From an uncultured Rivularia sp. (GTDB lineage: Bacteria > Cyanobacteriota > Cyanobacteriia > Cyanobacteriales > Nostocaceae): a DNA stretch of 64,000 nucleotides. How positions within the stretch are numbered: the first letter of the stretch is position 1; each line of letters begins with the position of its first letter. The DNA lies in contig OY762007.1 in NCBI GenBank assembly GCA_963665115.1, forward strand, positions 4,512,001-4,576,000, written 5' to 3'. The notes below the pieces were generated by a model. The model saw only the letters and a list, made by a program, of their open reading frames with translations, made no database searches and was not told the DNA's origin. This document shows, piece after piece, positions 1 to 11,166 of the stretch. The translations under genes were made by a program, and so were the position numbers.

Positions 1-23
1 AAAATTAATAATAAATAATTTTA

Positions 24-144
24 GTAGGGTGCGTTATGACTTCAGCTTAACGCACCGAAATGTTGATAAGATCGCGAGTTTGCAAAAAAAAATAGATTGT
101 TTTTACCATCATGGTGCGTTGCGCTCTGCGACAACAAACCCTAC
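24..144. repeat. REP-like doublet (GTAG...CTAC ends, two internal hairpins)
   Basis: GTAGGGTGCGTTA..TAACGCACC at the left and GGTGCGTTG..CAACAAACCCTAC at the right, in inverted orientation. Confidence 0.65.
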
Positions 145-208
145 AATTATTTAATTTAATAATCCAATAATGCAACCAGATAATTGATAATCCAAAATCT
201 AAAATCGA

Positions 209-1538
209 ATGACAAAGCCTAAAATCTCTAAAAAAGTATCTACTGCTTTAATTAACTCGTTGGCTGCGGGGGTAGTACCCAGGGTTGGATTGGAACATAT
301 CGCGGTAGGTAGGGAAAAAGAACTAACAAGCCTTTTGCAAAATATCGAGGATGTTGCCCAAGGAGTAGCTGCATTTCGGTTTGTCATTGGTAATTATGGT
401 TCGGGAAAAAGCTTTATGCTGCAACTTGTTCGCAATCAAGCGATGGAGTTGGGTTTTGTCGTTACTGATGCCGATTTATCTTTAGAAAGACGATTAGCGG
501 GAAGTAGTAATCAAGGTTTGGCTACTTATCGAGAATTGATGAGTCGTCTTGCTACTAAAACTCGTCCCGATGGTGGTGCTTTTGTTTCGATTTTGGAAGG
601 ATGGATTAATAAAATTCAGCAGGAAGTAGTTAAAGAAAGCGGAATGAAGCCTAATGACGAGGGATTTGACGATACGGTAGAAAAGAAAATTAGAGAAGTA
701 GTTCAACAGATAGAAGATTTAGTCCACGGTTTTGATTTTGGTAATGTAATTGTTGCTTATTGGCGCGGATATCGTTTGGATGATGACGATTTAAAAAATG
801 CAGCATTACAGTGGTTGCGGGGAGAATTTAATACTAAAACCGAAGCCAAAACGGCTTTGGGAGTACGAGTAATTATCGACGATGAAAGTTGGTATGACTA
901 CGTTAAGTTGTTAGCCAAATTTGTTGCAGAAATTGGCTACAAAGGGCTTTTAGTTTTATTAGATGAAGCAGTGCATTTATATCAGATATCGCCTACAGCA
1001 AGTCGGCAAAAGAACTATAGCAGATTGCTGGCAATTTTTAACGATGTAATGCAGTGTAAAGCCGAACATCTTGGGGTGATCGTCGGTGGAACGGTCAAGT
1101 TTTTAGAAGATCCAAATAGGGGATTATTTTCCGATTCAGCTTGGCGAAGACGTACTAAAGAAAGCCGTTTCGCAGCCAAAGCAGGAGTACAGGAATATAA
1201 TGGGCCCTGCAATCAAGCTTAATCCTTTGAGTGAATCAGAAATTCTAGATTTATTACAAAAATTAGCTGACATTCACGCGCTGAACTACAACTATAAAAA
1301 AGCTTTAACAAATAACGATTTGAAAGAGTTTGTCAAAGAGATTATTAATCGTTTGGGAGCTGAAGCTTTACTGACTCCCGGCGAAATTGTCCGCGATTTT
1401 ATCAGCGTGCTAAATATCTTGCATCAAAATCCGCAAATTACTTTAAGCAAGATAATTCATGATTCCGAATTTAAACCCAGCACGATAAAAGCAAATACAG
1501 AAGTAGATGAAGATGGGGTTGCGGAATTTAGTTTGTAG
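209..1538 (+). CDS. DUF2791/BrxD-like P-loop ATPase (Shango SngB-like), split by a +1 frameshift near 1203
   Basis: LAAGVVPRVGL N-terminus, Walker A GNYGSGKS, Walker B LLVLLDE; ORFs 209-1222 and 1200-1538 join at GGGCCC. Confidence 0.8.
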
Positions 1539-1589
1539 ATTGGTAATTGGTAATTGGTAATTGGTAATTGGTAATTGGTAATTGGTAAT
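1539..1589. repeat. STRR heptamer array (TAATTGG)n, about 7 copies
   Basis: tandem ATTGGTA units directly after the stop codon. Confidence 0.95.
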
Positions 1590-1914
1590 TTTAACGGGCT
1601 GCTTCATAAAAATTAAATATAGTTTATAACTCTATATGAGAATTTATAAACCTAATTTTTTGAAAAAGGCGGGTTATCTAGGCTTCAGATTTTAACAAGC
1701 GATAATTTTTAGTTTTGAAGTATTTTCTGCAACAAAAATAGATAATAAATATGTTCGCTATCGACTTTATTCAAATTTATAGCGAAATACGATTTTATTG
1801 TATAAATGAATAGATTTATATCAAATGATTTAGAAACCTTTTATGATTGCAAAAAAAACAATCATGTCTTGAGTAATTATCTTGATTACCAAGCTTCAAA
1901 AGGGGACTAAATAA

Positions 1915-1931
1915 GATAGAAAAACTTTATC
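1915..1931. promoter_or_regulatory. possible LysR-type (NdhR/CmpR-like) operator upstream of bicA
   Basis: imperfect palindrome GATAGAAAAACTTTATC ~140 nt upstream of a bicarbonate transporter; inference only. Confidence 0.25.
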
Positions 1932-2005
1932 TGCGAAGGTCAACACAATTAAAGTAATGTGGGTGTAGACTTTTATTTGGGATAAAAAGGTTTAAATACT
2001 TGTCA

Positions 2006-2045
2006 CCCAATGCCCAATGCCCAATTCCCAATTCCCAATTCCCAC
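2006..2045. repeat. C-rich heptamer array (CCCAATG/CCCAATT)
   Basis: tandem repeats just upstream of the bicA start. Confidence 0.85.
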
Positions 2046-2071
2046 TTCTAAATTTATAACTCGTAATCTCT

Positions 2072-3754
2072 ATGCAACTTGTTCACGGATTGAATTTTAG
2101 GAACCTGCGCGGAGATTTATTTGGTGGTTTAACTGCTGCAATTGTTGCTTTACCGTTAGCTCTAGCGTTTGGGGTTTCCGTTTCACCGGAAGATGGTGCG
2201 ATTATGGGGCTGTACGGTGCTGTTTTTATCGGCTTTTTTGCAGCATTGTTTGGTGGAACTCCATCTCAAATTTCAGGCCCCACAGGTCCGATGACGGTGG
2301 TAATGGCAACTGTATTTAGTACTTTCGTTAGCAAAGATCCAAATACAGGAGTGGCGATCGCCTTTACCGTGGTGATTATGGGAGGAGCATTTCAAATCCT
2401 TTTCGGATTGCTGCGGCTGGGGAAATATATCACTTTAATTCCTTACACTGTAATTTCTGGCTTTATGTCGGGGATTGGATTTATTATCTTATTTCTGGAA
2501 ATTGGACCGTTTTTTGGACATCAAGGTTCTCCAAATGTCATCGAATCGCTGCAAAAATTTTCTGAATATGTTAGTACTGCTAATCCGGTAGCGGTGGGAT
2601 TGTCTGTTTTAACTTTAGTTATAGTATTTGGTTCCCCTCCAAAAATAAATCGAATTATTCCTTCACCTTTATTAGCGTTGGTAATTTGTACGCTAATTTC
2701 GGTTTTTGTATTTCCCGATAGCGGTATTCCAGTCATCGGAGAAATTCCGATGGGTTTACCCAAACCGCAACTGCCGCGATTGGATTTTAGCCAAATGCGA
2801 ATAATGGTAGAGTATGGTTTGATGTTAGGAACTTTGGGATCTATCGATTCGCTTTTAACTTCCTTAGTTGCGGACAATATTACTCGTACAAATCATGATT
2901 CCGATAAAGAATTAATCGGACAAGGAATCGGTAATGTACTCGCTGGTTTATTCGGGGGATTACCGGGTGCTGGTGCAACAATGCGAACCGTTATTAATGT
3001 CCGTGCCGGTGGAAAAACTCCGATTTCGGGAATGGTTCACGCAATAGTATTATTAGTAATTGTTTTAGGTGCAGGGAAACTAACAGAAAATATTCCTCAC
3101 GCAGTTTTAGCAGGTATTTTAATCAAAGTTGGTATAGATATTATCGATTGGAGTTTCATTAAACGCGCTCATAAAATATCCATGAAGGCTACTGGATTGA
3201 TGTACGCAGTATTATTTCTTACGGTTTTTGTAGATTTAATTACTGCTGTAGCCGTCGGAGTATTTTGTGCCAATCTATTGACTATCAAACGTTTAACCGA
3301 TTTACAAGCTAAAGAAGTTAGAGCAGTAACAAGTCCTGATGGAAATCATCATAAATTGGGTTTGAGTTTAGCAGAAGAACAGATTTTAAGCAGAGGGGAA
3401 GGTCGGATTTTATTATTTCACCTTGGCGGACCAATGAGTTTTGGTGCTGCAAAAGCAATCTCGCAGCAAATGTCGATTGTAGAAAATTATGATGTATTAA
3501 TTTTAGAATTTAATGAAGTACCATATCTTGGGGTAACAGCGACTTTAGCTATAGAAAATATGGTCAAAGAAGCATACGAAAAACGGCGTACTGTGTATCT
3601 AGTAGGTGCCAGCGGTGCAGTAGAAGACAGATTCAGAAGATTGAAAATCTTGCGACGAGTATTAGAACAAAATCCAGTAAATACACGTTTAGAAGCTTTA
3701 GAAAAAGCCATGATTATTGTTAATCAGCGTCGGGTAACATCTAATGAGTTGTGA
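2072..3754 (+). CDS. bicA: SulP-family Na+-dependent bicarbonate transporter with STAS domain
   Basis: GDLFGGLTAAIVALPLALAFGV, QISGPTGPMTVV, DSLLTSLVAD, GAGATMRT, C-terminal STAS GPMSFGAA. Confidence 0.88.
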   Translation: MQLVHGLNFRNLRGDLFGGLTAAIVALPLALAFGVSVSPEDGAIMGLYGAVFIGFFAALFGGTPSQISGPTGPMTVVMATVFSTFVSKDPNTGVAIAFTVVIMGGAFQILFGLLRLGKYITLIPYTVISGFMSGIGFIILFLEIGPFFGHQGSPNVIESLQKFSEYVSTANPVAVGLSVLTLVIVFGSPPKINRIIPSPLLALVICTLISVFVFPDSGIPVIGEIPMGLPKPQLPRLDFSQMRIMVEYGLMLGTLGSIDSLLTSLVADNITRTNHDSDKELIGQGIGNVLAGLFGGLPGAGATMRTVINVRAGGKTPISGMVHAIVLLVIVLGAGKLTENIPHAVLAGILIKVGIDIIDWSFIKRAHKISMKATGLMYAVLFLTVFVDLITAVAVGVFCANLLTIKRLTDLQAKEVRAVTSPDGNHHKLGLSLAEEQILSRGEGRILLFHLGGPMSFGAAKAISQQMSIVENYDVLILEFNEVPYLGVTATLAIENMVKEAYEKRRTVYLVGASGAVEDRFRRLKILRRVLEQNPVNTRLEALEKAMIIVNQRRVTSNEL

Positions 3755-3807
3755 TGTCTGGTTATTACGGTAATTGTAATCAAATTGATTTGGAAATAAG
3801 ATGTCAT

Positions 3808-4450
3808 TTAATTTCGTATATAGTCTTCATTAATAGCTGCATTTTCTATCTGGTTACGAAATAGATCGAGCATTGCAATTATTTCTGCGTGTAATTCTAT
3901 ATACTCTTCTCGATCGGATATCGAATATTCACCATGTGCAATTTCGTTTCTTTTCTTTAAAAGCTTAGTATCTATTAATACGGACTTTGTAGAGTAGGGT
4001 GAAAAGTCAATTCCTAAAATAATAGTTATTTCTTTTAATATTTCAGAAGAGAGGTTTGATGCAGTAGAAATTATGTCTTTCGGTAGCTCGCATCTTTGAT
4101 TTAATTCGTCTTAAAAAAAATCACAAACAGGTATATATAATGAAGGTTTATTTGTCTCTCTTGCCTCGTTAAGCCTTTCTTTCATTGCTAAAGCTAAAAA
4201 ATTGCTAGAAAGGTCTTTATAGCAAAGTTTTTGCATTCTGACATATTCCAGATAGGAATTTGCTGCTAATTTTACGAAACCTTCCCAATGAGCGTAGAGA
4301 AGACATATTCCACTGCGAATTAAGGCATTGTGTTTAGAAAGAGAAAATTTAGTTTCTACCAATGATTTAACTTCTGAAAGCTCTTTTTTTCGCCAAGCAA
4401 GTTCATTAGATAGTTTATCGCTTAGTTGTTCGGCAGTTTCTGAGCTTCAT
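3808..4450 (-). pseudogene. MAE_28990/MAE_18760-like HEPN nuclease, interrupted (+1 near 4438, in-frame TAA at 4111-4113)
   Basis: Reconstructs as MKLRTAEQLSDKLSNELAWRKKEL..LLYAHWEGFVK..CDFF*DELNQ..KKRNEIAHGE..EDYIRN*; Rx4H motif RNEIAH; ATGA overlap with the upstream stop. Confidence 0.75.
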
Positions 4451-5553
4451 TGGTGAGAAAATACCTCTCTACCAAGAGGAATAAGATATGGTAAACGTCT
4501 TGCTGCATTCACTCCTGCTCCCGACCATTTTTTATAAGTTGAATTTGTCCAAATGTTTTTAATGTTAGAAGAGATTTCGTTCGCTTGAGGTGGGTTTTGA
4601 TAGTTGTATCCAATTCCTAATGCTATGACTTCATATGCTGATAATAAAAAGCCTCCAATAAATCTATCTTGCTCGCGTTTGTATCTCTTAAAGCTATCAT
4701 CACTTAAAGCATCATCAAGAATATCAAATGTTTTTTTAAAAGCTTTTTCTATATGGCTATAATCTAACTTTTTATTAAGAGACATTTCACGCATTCCGTC
4801 TGTAAGGAAAACGCTAACATCTCCACCCAACTGTTTAAGACTTTCCTCATCTTTATCGAAAAGAAGAATAAAACGTAATACTAATTCCATATCATACTGC
4901 TCTTCATAAAGCCTATCGCTTAAGGCAATACAACTTCTAAATGATTCATAATTAGCAAGTGAACCCATCAATTCATATAAATCTTTATTCAACATTAAAA
5001 GAATACAATTTCTTACTTCTTGGGGTGTAGCAATTGCTCCTCCTGTATTCAGTCGCTGAAACAGTTCATATTTAACCATTTCATCACTTTCTTTTTCAAC
5101 GATATTAACTGCTATTTTTGCTCGCTTTATCAATAAACGTTGTGCTTGGTTAAAAGAATTTTCTTTATCGTTTGGATCGTCCCATTTTTTGCCTTCTAAA
5201 GAAGGTAAGTAGGTAGTTTTTTGCAAGGCTACACTTGATTTATTTTGTTGCTCCTCTGTTTTTAAAATACCTACAAATTCATATATCGTTGACAATCTTT
5301 GGACACCATCAACAACATCCCAAACACCATCATCTCTTTGACTAACAAAAATTGGTGGAATTGGTATTCCTAGAAGAATTGACTCTATAAAAGTTGATTT
5401 TTGATGGTCAGACCAACGAAAAATTCTTTGAAAATCTGGATGAATATCAATCTCATTATTTTGATAAAGGCTAATCCACTCACCAATAGACATTGAGTAT
5501 CCATCAGTACGAATTTCTTGCCTTGTTTTGTCAATCTCTTCTTGCAGGTGCAT
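4447..5553 (-). CDS. DUF262 (ParB/Srx-like, GmrSD N-terminal type) domain protein
   Basis: motifs PDFQRIFRW, DGVQRLSTI, FQRLNTGG. Confidence 0.88.
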   Translation of the reverse strand: MHLQEEIDKTRQEIRTDGYSMSIGEWISLYQNNEIDIHPDFQRIFRWSDHQKSTFIESILLGIPIPPIFVSQRDDGVWDVVDGVQRLSTIYEFVGILKTEEQQNKSSVALQKTTYLPSLEGKKWDDPNDKENSFNQAQRLLIKRAKIAVNIVEKESDEMVKYELFQRLNTGGAIATPQEVRNCILLMLNKDLYELMGSLANYESFRSCIALSDRLYEEQYDMELVLRFILLFDKDEESLKQLGGDVSVFLTDGMREMSLNKKLDYSHIEKAFKKTFDILDDALSDDSFKRYKREQDRFIGGFLLSAYEVIALGIGYNYQNPPQANEISSNIKNIWTNSTYKKWSGAGVNAARRLPYLIPLGREVFSHQ

Positions 5554-6089
5554 AATTTTAAATATTATAAAATTCTATTTACTTTACTACTGATTGTTGA
5601 TAGTAACGTCTCGCCATTCTATCGCTATAAATAACTTTTAACTGTTATTTACTTCAGATAATTCAATATTAATTTATGTTGGTTTATTCTGATATTATTA
5701 ATGATTTTCACTACATATTCTGTTTAGATAATTTATAAATAGTAGAGAAATATACAAACTAGTTTATTCAAATATATGACTGGGATAAAAGTAACATATA
5801 CAACTAATTTTGTTCAATTTTAGCATCACCTAAATTTTCATTATACCGTCCTACAGGAGTTTGAAGTTGATATCGTCTTTTCTCAAGTTATACAATTTAA
5901 GTGATTCAACTAGGACTTACTTACCCAACTTTCAAAAGAAATAATTATCCGATTCGTAAAAATTATCTAATTACCAGCCTTTGTATAAGCCTACATATAC
6001 AAAGGCTACTGCTGTAAAAATCCCCACTCTTTTGTGGAAAAGCTAGAATCAAAGTAGGGGTTTTAGACTGTGGAATTTCTGTAAAAAAT

Positions 6090-7499
6090 ATGAACAGTGA
6101 CATTTTAGGTTCCCGTTACTCGATCCAAGAACAACTTGGTAAGAAACCTGGAAGATATACGTATCTAGCGTTAGACGCAGAAACTCAAAATTTAGTCGTC
6201 GTCAAATTGCTTAAATTAGATAGTGATTTTGAATGGGATAGCTTAAAACTGTTTGAACGAGAAGCGCAAATCTTACAAAATTTATCTCATCCAGCAATTC
6301 CGGAATATCTTGATTACTTTGACATTGATTCACCTGAAACCAAGGGTTTTGCTTTAGTTCAAAGTTATATTGATGCAAAATCTTTAGAAGAACAAGTTTC
6401 AAATGGACGCACTTTTAGCGAAGCTGAGTTAAAAGAAATAGCCGAGAAGATTTTAAATATCTTAATTCATTTACACGAACGCAAACCTGCAATTATTCAT
6501 CGAGATATCAAACCCAGCAATATTTTGCTGACAAACCGTTCTGGAAATAGCGCTGGTGAAGTCTATTTAGTAGATTTCGGTTCGGTACAGAATATTACCG
6601 TTGTGGAAAATGGGACTTTAACTGTTGTGGGAACTTATGGTTATATGTCACCAGAACATTTTGGTGGACGTGCTGTTCCCACTTCCGATTTATATAGTTT
6701 GGGAGCAACTTTAATTTATCTTGCTACTGGAATGCATCCAGCGGATTTTCCTCAAAAAGATTTACAAATTCAGTTTGAAGAAAAAACCCAATTAAGTCAG
6801 CATTTTACTCGCTGGTTGAAAAAGGTATTAGAACCCAGTCAAGAAAAAAGATTTCATTCGGCACAAATAGCTTTAGAAGCCTTGCAAAAACCAGAGATAG
6901 TTAATTTTAGCTTTGCCGATGGTGCTGCGATCAAACCAGTTGATACCAAAATTTTATTAAAGAAAGATGTTGATAAAATCCAGATTATTAAGCCAGAAGC
7001 AGGATGGAATTTTGGTTCCTTTGCAAAGTTAGTCAACAATACAATTTCTACTTTCGTAGGACTAGTTTTCATAATGATTTTTAAGTCATTCCCGTTTGTT
7101 GGGTGGCTTATTTCGCTAACGCTTATCTGGTTAGGAGTAGCTAAATGGGCAGATTTTCTATTTGAAATATTTGGAAAAACTCGACTAGTTATAGGTAAGA
7201 AGAGAATTTATTTAAATTATGAAATTTTTGGGTTGAGATTTAAAAAACCTCGTCCATCTTTACGGCAAGATATAATTAAGCTCGAATACACTAATTCTTA
7301 TCTCCAAGAAAATAAAAATTCTAGGGGAAATGTTTCTTACAAAGAAATTTCACCAGCAATTATTATTTGGGCTGGAAATAAACAATATAAACTTACCGGA
7401 ATGACTCAAACCGAACTAGAATGGCTGTTAAAAGAACTGAGTGATAGCTTAGAATTACCTTTCCAACGTCGAATTTTACCTGTAGTTAAATCTGATTAA
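6090..7499 (+). CDS. Hanks-type Ser/Thr protein kinase with two TM segments and a C-terminal domain
   Basis: VVVK, HRDIKPSN, DFG, GTYGYMSPE motifs. Confidence 0.92.
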   Translation: MNSDILGSRYSIQEQLGKKPGRYTYLALDAETQNLVVVKLLKLDSDFEWDSLKLFEREAQILQNLSHPAIPEYLDYFDIDSPETKGFALVQSYIDAKSLEEQVSNGRTFSEAELKEIAEKILNILIHLHERKPAIIHRDIKPSNILLTNRSGNSAGEVYLVDFGSVQNITVVENGTLTVVGTYGYMSPEHFGGRAVPTSDLYSLGATLIYLATGMHPADFPQKDLQIQFEEKTQLSQHFTRWLKKVLEPSQEKRFHSAQIALEALQKPEIVNFSFADGAAIKPVDTKILLKKDVDKIQIIKPEAGWNFGSFAKLVNNTISTFVGLVFIMIFKSFPFVGWLISLTLIWLGVAKWADFLFEIFGKTRLVIGKKRIYLNYEIFGLRFKKPRPSLRQDIIKLEYTNSYLQENKNSRGNVSYKEISPAIIIWAGNKQYKLTGMTQTELEWLLKELSDSLELPFQRRILPVVKSD

Positions 7500-7534
7500 T
7501 TTTGCATTAATAGGGAATAGGGAAGATTAAATTT

Positions 7535-8259
7535 TTACAACTTATAAAAATCAAAATTACCCACCTTTGCAACAACATCGGGATTCTTTGCCAAACGCCC
7601 ATCTTCCATGTATATAATCCGATCGGCGATATCAAGAATGCGGTTATCGTGCGTTACCAGCAAAATCGTGCAGCCTTTCTCCTTCGCAAGACTCTGCATT
7701 AATTCCACCACATCACGCCCAGATTTTTTATCCAATGCTGCGGTAGGTTCATCAGCAAGGACTATTTTTGGTTCAGCAACCAAAGCACGAGCTATAGCAA
7801 CCCGTTGCTTCTGTCCCCCAGATAAATCATCTGGGTAATAATTTACACGGTCGCCCAATCCAACTGCTTCGAGCATTGCAATCGAACGGCTTTTCATTTG
7901 TGCTGTAGAAATACTCTTGTGTACTTCCAAACCCATTCTGACATTTTGCAAAGCCGTTAAACTGCCATGTAAATTGTGCGCTTGGAAGATGTAACCATTA
8001 CTGCGTCTAGCCTGCGTCAACTTGCCCGCATTAGCACCAATAAGTTCTTCACCCAAAACTTTCAAGCTCCCAGATTGTGGCGATCGCAAACCTCCAGCTA
8101 AAGTAAGCAAAGTAGTTTTACCAGAACCAGAAGGGCCCCCGTCATAATGATAATTTCACCAGCATTTATTTCCAAACTGATATCAAATAATACCTGCTTG
8201 CGAAGTTTTCCTTTCCCAAAAAAATGGTCAAGATTTTGAATAGAAATTACAGAAGACAT
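7535..8259 (-). CDS. devA: DevA-family ABC exporter ATP-binding subunit (frameshift near 8135)
   Basis: ATG at 8259 gives MSSVISIQNLDHFFG..IIIMTG, then GSGKTT in another frame; LSGGQKQR, LADEPT. Confidence 0.85.
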
Positions 8260-8327
8260 AAGAAGAGATAGTGGTTAGTAGTTAGTAGTTAGTGGTTAGG
8301 AGTTGGGAGTTATTGCAATAGATTTGT

Positions 8328-8352
8328 GTAGTGGGAGCATCTTGCTCCCTAG
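8328..8352. repeat. REP-like palindrome GTAGTGGGAGCATCTTGCTCCCT; family copies also at 9686-9709, 13297-13321, 23691-23713, 23848-23872, 47204, 47405
   Basis: same GTAG-flanked hairpin recurs in both orientations across the window. Confidence 0.85.
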
Positions 8353-8393
8353 CAGCAATCTTTTGTTCACTGTTGAATGTTAACTGCTCGCTG

Positions 8394-9575
8394 TTAAAAC
8401 ATATCTGCTGGATCTGCTGACTGAACTTTCCGAGTTGCTATAACTCCAGAAATCGCACACATAATTACAGTTAAAATAAACACCGTAGCTGCTCTACCTA
8501 CAGTCATGGCAATCGGTAAATTTGTGGCTTTTCTTGTTAATTGATAAAGCCCTAAAGGTACTATAGAACCTGGAATAAATCCTAATAAAGCTAAAATCAA
8601 AGCTTCTTCAAATACAACACCTAATAAATATAAATTGCGATAACCCATTGCTTTAAATGTGGCGTATTCTTTCATATGAGCATTTACATCAGTTGAAAGA
8701 ACTTGATAAACAATAATTACCCCAACAATAAATCCCATTGCCGTACCCAAGGTAAAGATAAAACCAACGGGAGATTCTCTCGACCAGAAGTCTATTTCAA
8801 ATTGAATAAATTCTTCGTGGGTAATAACTTTTATGTCGTCAAAATCTCTAAATCTATATTTTAAATCTCTGGCAACTTCTACAGGATCGTAACCTTCTTC
8901 AACCTTAATCAATGCTAAATTAATACTGCTAGCTTGGCGTTTACCGAATAACCTTAAAAAATTATCTCCGCTAGTAATTAAGTTACCATCAGCACCGAAA
9001 GAAGTTCCTAAAAAGAATAGTCCTCTAATATCTACAGTACGTCCTTCAATTTCCGTATTAACAGTTTTTCCTTGCTCAATCTGAGCTATAGCTTCTGTAT
9101 ATTCCCCCTTAGTTCCTTTATCAAATAAGAAAGTATCTGGGAGCTTGAGTAATGGCAATTGTTGCTTTAATTCTGGCAAATCTAAAGCTGGTTCATCCGG
9201 TTCAATTCCTAAAACTTGAATCGAAGTCTCTTGCTTAGTTTGGGGATTTTTCCATTTCACAATACTGACATACATGGGTTCTGCCGATTTTACTCCAGTT
9301 ATATCTTTTGCTTGATACATTCGTCGCCGCGAAAATGTAGATAAACTCTGCATATTTTTCGCTTTGGGACTAATCAAAACAATATCCGTATTCAAAGTCC
9401 GATTAAGACGAGTATTACTACTAAATAAAGCTCCTTGAAAACCGAGCTGCATAAACATCAAAACATCAGCAAAAGCAATACCCGAAATCGCTACTAATAA
9501 CCGACTTTTTTCATGACTTAATTGCAGCCATCCTAAAGGAGTTCGCCGCCGTAACTGTTCAATAAACCCAACCAT
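8394..9575 (-). CDS. devC: DevC-family ABC exporter permease (FtsX/MacB-like)
   Basis: RRTPLGWLQL, GIAFADVLMFMQLGF, EYATFKAMGY, ADPADMF. Confidence 0.9.
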   Translation of the reverse strand: MVGFIEQLRRRTPLGWLQLSHEKSRLLVAISGIAFADVLMFMQLGFQGALFSSNTRLNRTLNTDIVLISPKAKNMQSLSTFSRRRMYQAKDITGVKSAEPMYVSIVKWKNPQTKQETSIQVLGIEPDEPALDLPELKQQLPLLKLPDTFLFDKGTKGEYTEAIAQIEQGKTVNTEIEGRTVDIRGLFFLGTSFGADGNLITSGDNFLRLFGKRQASSINLALIKVEEGYDPVEVARDLKYRFRDFDDIKVITHEEFIQFEIDFWSRESPVGFIFTLGTAMGFIVGVIIVYQVLSTDVNAHMKEYATFKAMGYRNLYLLGVVFEEALILALLGFIPGSIVPLGLYQLTRKATNLPIAMTVGRAATVFILTVIMCAISGVIATRKVQSADPADMF

Positions 9576-9730
9576 AATTTTAGATTTTAGATTTTAGATT
9601 TGAATCGTTTCAATTAAATTACGTAATGCGTTAGTGCAGTCTGCCTGTAAGAAAACTGGGAGTATAATTTATAAGTATTGAGGAATAGCGAGCAAGATGC
9701 TCGCACTACGAATTCTTAATTGATAATTGT

Positions 9731-11056
9731 TCACCGATAGCTGATTTCCACTTCAACCTGCAAATTAGTAAACTTGCTCGCTATCTCGCTTGATTTCTCA
9801 TCCAAATTGATGCGAACTTCTACAACTTTTGCATCAATATTCTCGCTGGGATCGGTATTTATTACGTTTTGACGACGTATTTTTGAACCAATCCAATCCA
9901 CTTCTCCCTGCAATTGTGTTGGCAAAGAATTACTGGTAATAATCGCCTTTTGTCCGACTTTTATTTTACTAATATCTGTTTGATAAACTTCTGCTTCTGC
10001 ATACATCTGGCTGGTTTGCCCAATCTCGACAATCCCATTACTCGAAACCACTTCCCCCGCACGAGTATGTATTTCCAATACCTCACCAGCTTGGGGACTC
10101 CGCACGTAAACTTGCTTCAACTTCTCTTTAGCCTGATTTACCGACGCTACAGCATCCTTAACTTGTGCTTCTGCTGCTTGTACATCTACAGGGCGCACTT
10201 CAGAAACGCTGTCTAATGTAGCTCTGGCTTCGCTAATCTGCTTGCTTCCAGTATTGTTAATCCGTCTCAAAGCAGTCTCGGCTTCGCTGACTCGTTTAAT
10301 TCCTGTCGTTTCAGTTCTTCTAAGAACCGCTTTTGCTTCACTGAGTTGCTTTTGGGCTGTTTCCATTGCCAAACGCTTGCTATCAAAAACCGAACGAGAA
10401 ATAGCACCATCGTTGTACAACTTTTGATAGCGTCGATACTCAGCTTCTGCGTTTCTCAGTTCAGCCTCAATTCTCTCAATAGTCGCCTGTTGCGCCGCAA
10501 TATCACCCTCTAGCTGCGCTTTCAAGCGGATAACTGCATCAGCTTGAGCCGCTCTGTCACCTTCTAACTGAGCCTCCAAACGGGCAACTGTCGCCTTTTG
10601 CGCCGCAATATCGCCGCTTTTCGCTCCCGCTTTCACCTTCGCTAAATTAACTTGAGCAATTTTTACCTGTTGCTCGGCTTTGACAACATCAGCTTGCAGT
10701 CTATCTTTGTTATCGAGAACTGCAATAATTTGTCCAGACTTAATCTTCTCCCCTTCCTTAACCAACAATTGCTCGACTCTACTTTCTTGGTTAGATGTCG
10801 GTGCGGAAACTTTAACAATTTCTCCCTTTGGTTCTAAACTTCCCAAAGCAGTTACTTTTGTAATCTCAGGTACTCTAACCAGAGCTTCTTTTGCTGCATT
10901 AATTTCCGCCCTTTTAAATTGCCTGTAAGTAGTGACACCACCCACAGCAATTGTTGCGGCGATCGCCATTATCAACAGTTGCCGAGAACTAGGTTTAAAC
11001 GAGATATTGTTATTAGCTGCTGTATCGCGCACCATTGGGTGCCTCCTGGATACCAT
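9731..11056 (-). CDS. devB: DevB-family membrane fusion protein (HlyD-like)
   Basis: VTALGSLEPKGE, long coiled coil, AEVYQTDI, KVVEVRI; start may be the second Met. Confidence 0.88.
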   Translation of the reverse strand: MVSRRHPMVRDTAANNNISFKPSSRQLLIMAIAATIAVGGVTTYRQFKRAEINAAKEALVRVPEITKVTALGSLEPKGEIVKVSAPTSNQESRVEQLLVKEGEKIKSGQIIAVLDNKDRLQADVVKAEQQVKIAQVNLAKVKAGAKSGDIAAQKATVARLEAQLEGDRAAQADAVIRLKAQLEGDIAAQQATIERIEAELRNAEAEYRRYQKLYNDGAISRSVFDSKRLAMETAQKQLSEAKAVLRRTETTGIKRVSEAETALRRINNTGSKQISEARATLDSVSEVRPVDVQAAEAQVKDAVASVNQAKEKLKQVYVRSPQAGEVLEIHTRAGEVVSSNGIVEIGQTSQMYAEAEVYQTDISKIKVGQKAIITSNSLPTQLQGEVDWIGSKIRRQNVINTDPSENIDAKVVEVRINLDEKSSEIASKFTNLQVEVEISYR

Positions 11057-11071
11057 AAGGATAAAGAATGA

Positions 11072-11112
11072 ACTAAGCGGTTTAGCTATATTTATAAACT
11101 AAACTGTATAGT
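11072..11112. promoter_or_regulatory. two candidate TetR operators (ACTAAAC-N-GTTTAGT-like)
   Basis: ACTAAGCGGTTTAGC (11072-11086) and ACTAAACTGTATAGT (11098-11112) in the divergent promoter. Confidence 0.6.
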
Positions 11113-11166
11113 ACAATAACGTCAAGGGGTATCTAACTAAAGAATGAATTTCCGATTTAATTACTT

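Noticed and set aside
209..1538. complete BREX system
   Set aside because: No pglZ, pglX or brxC in the window; a Shango-like context fits better
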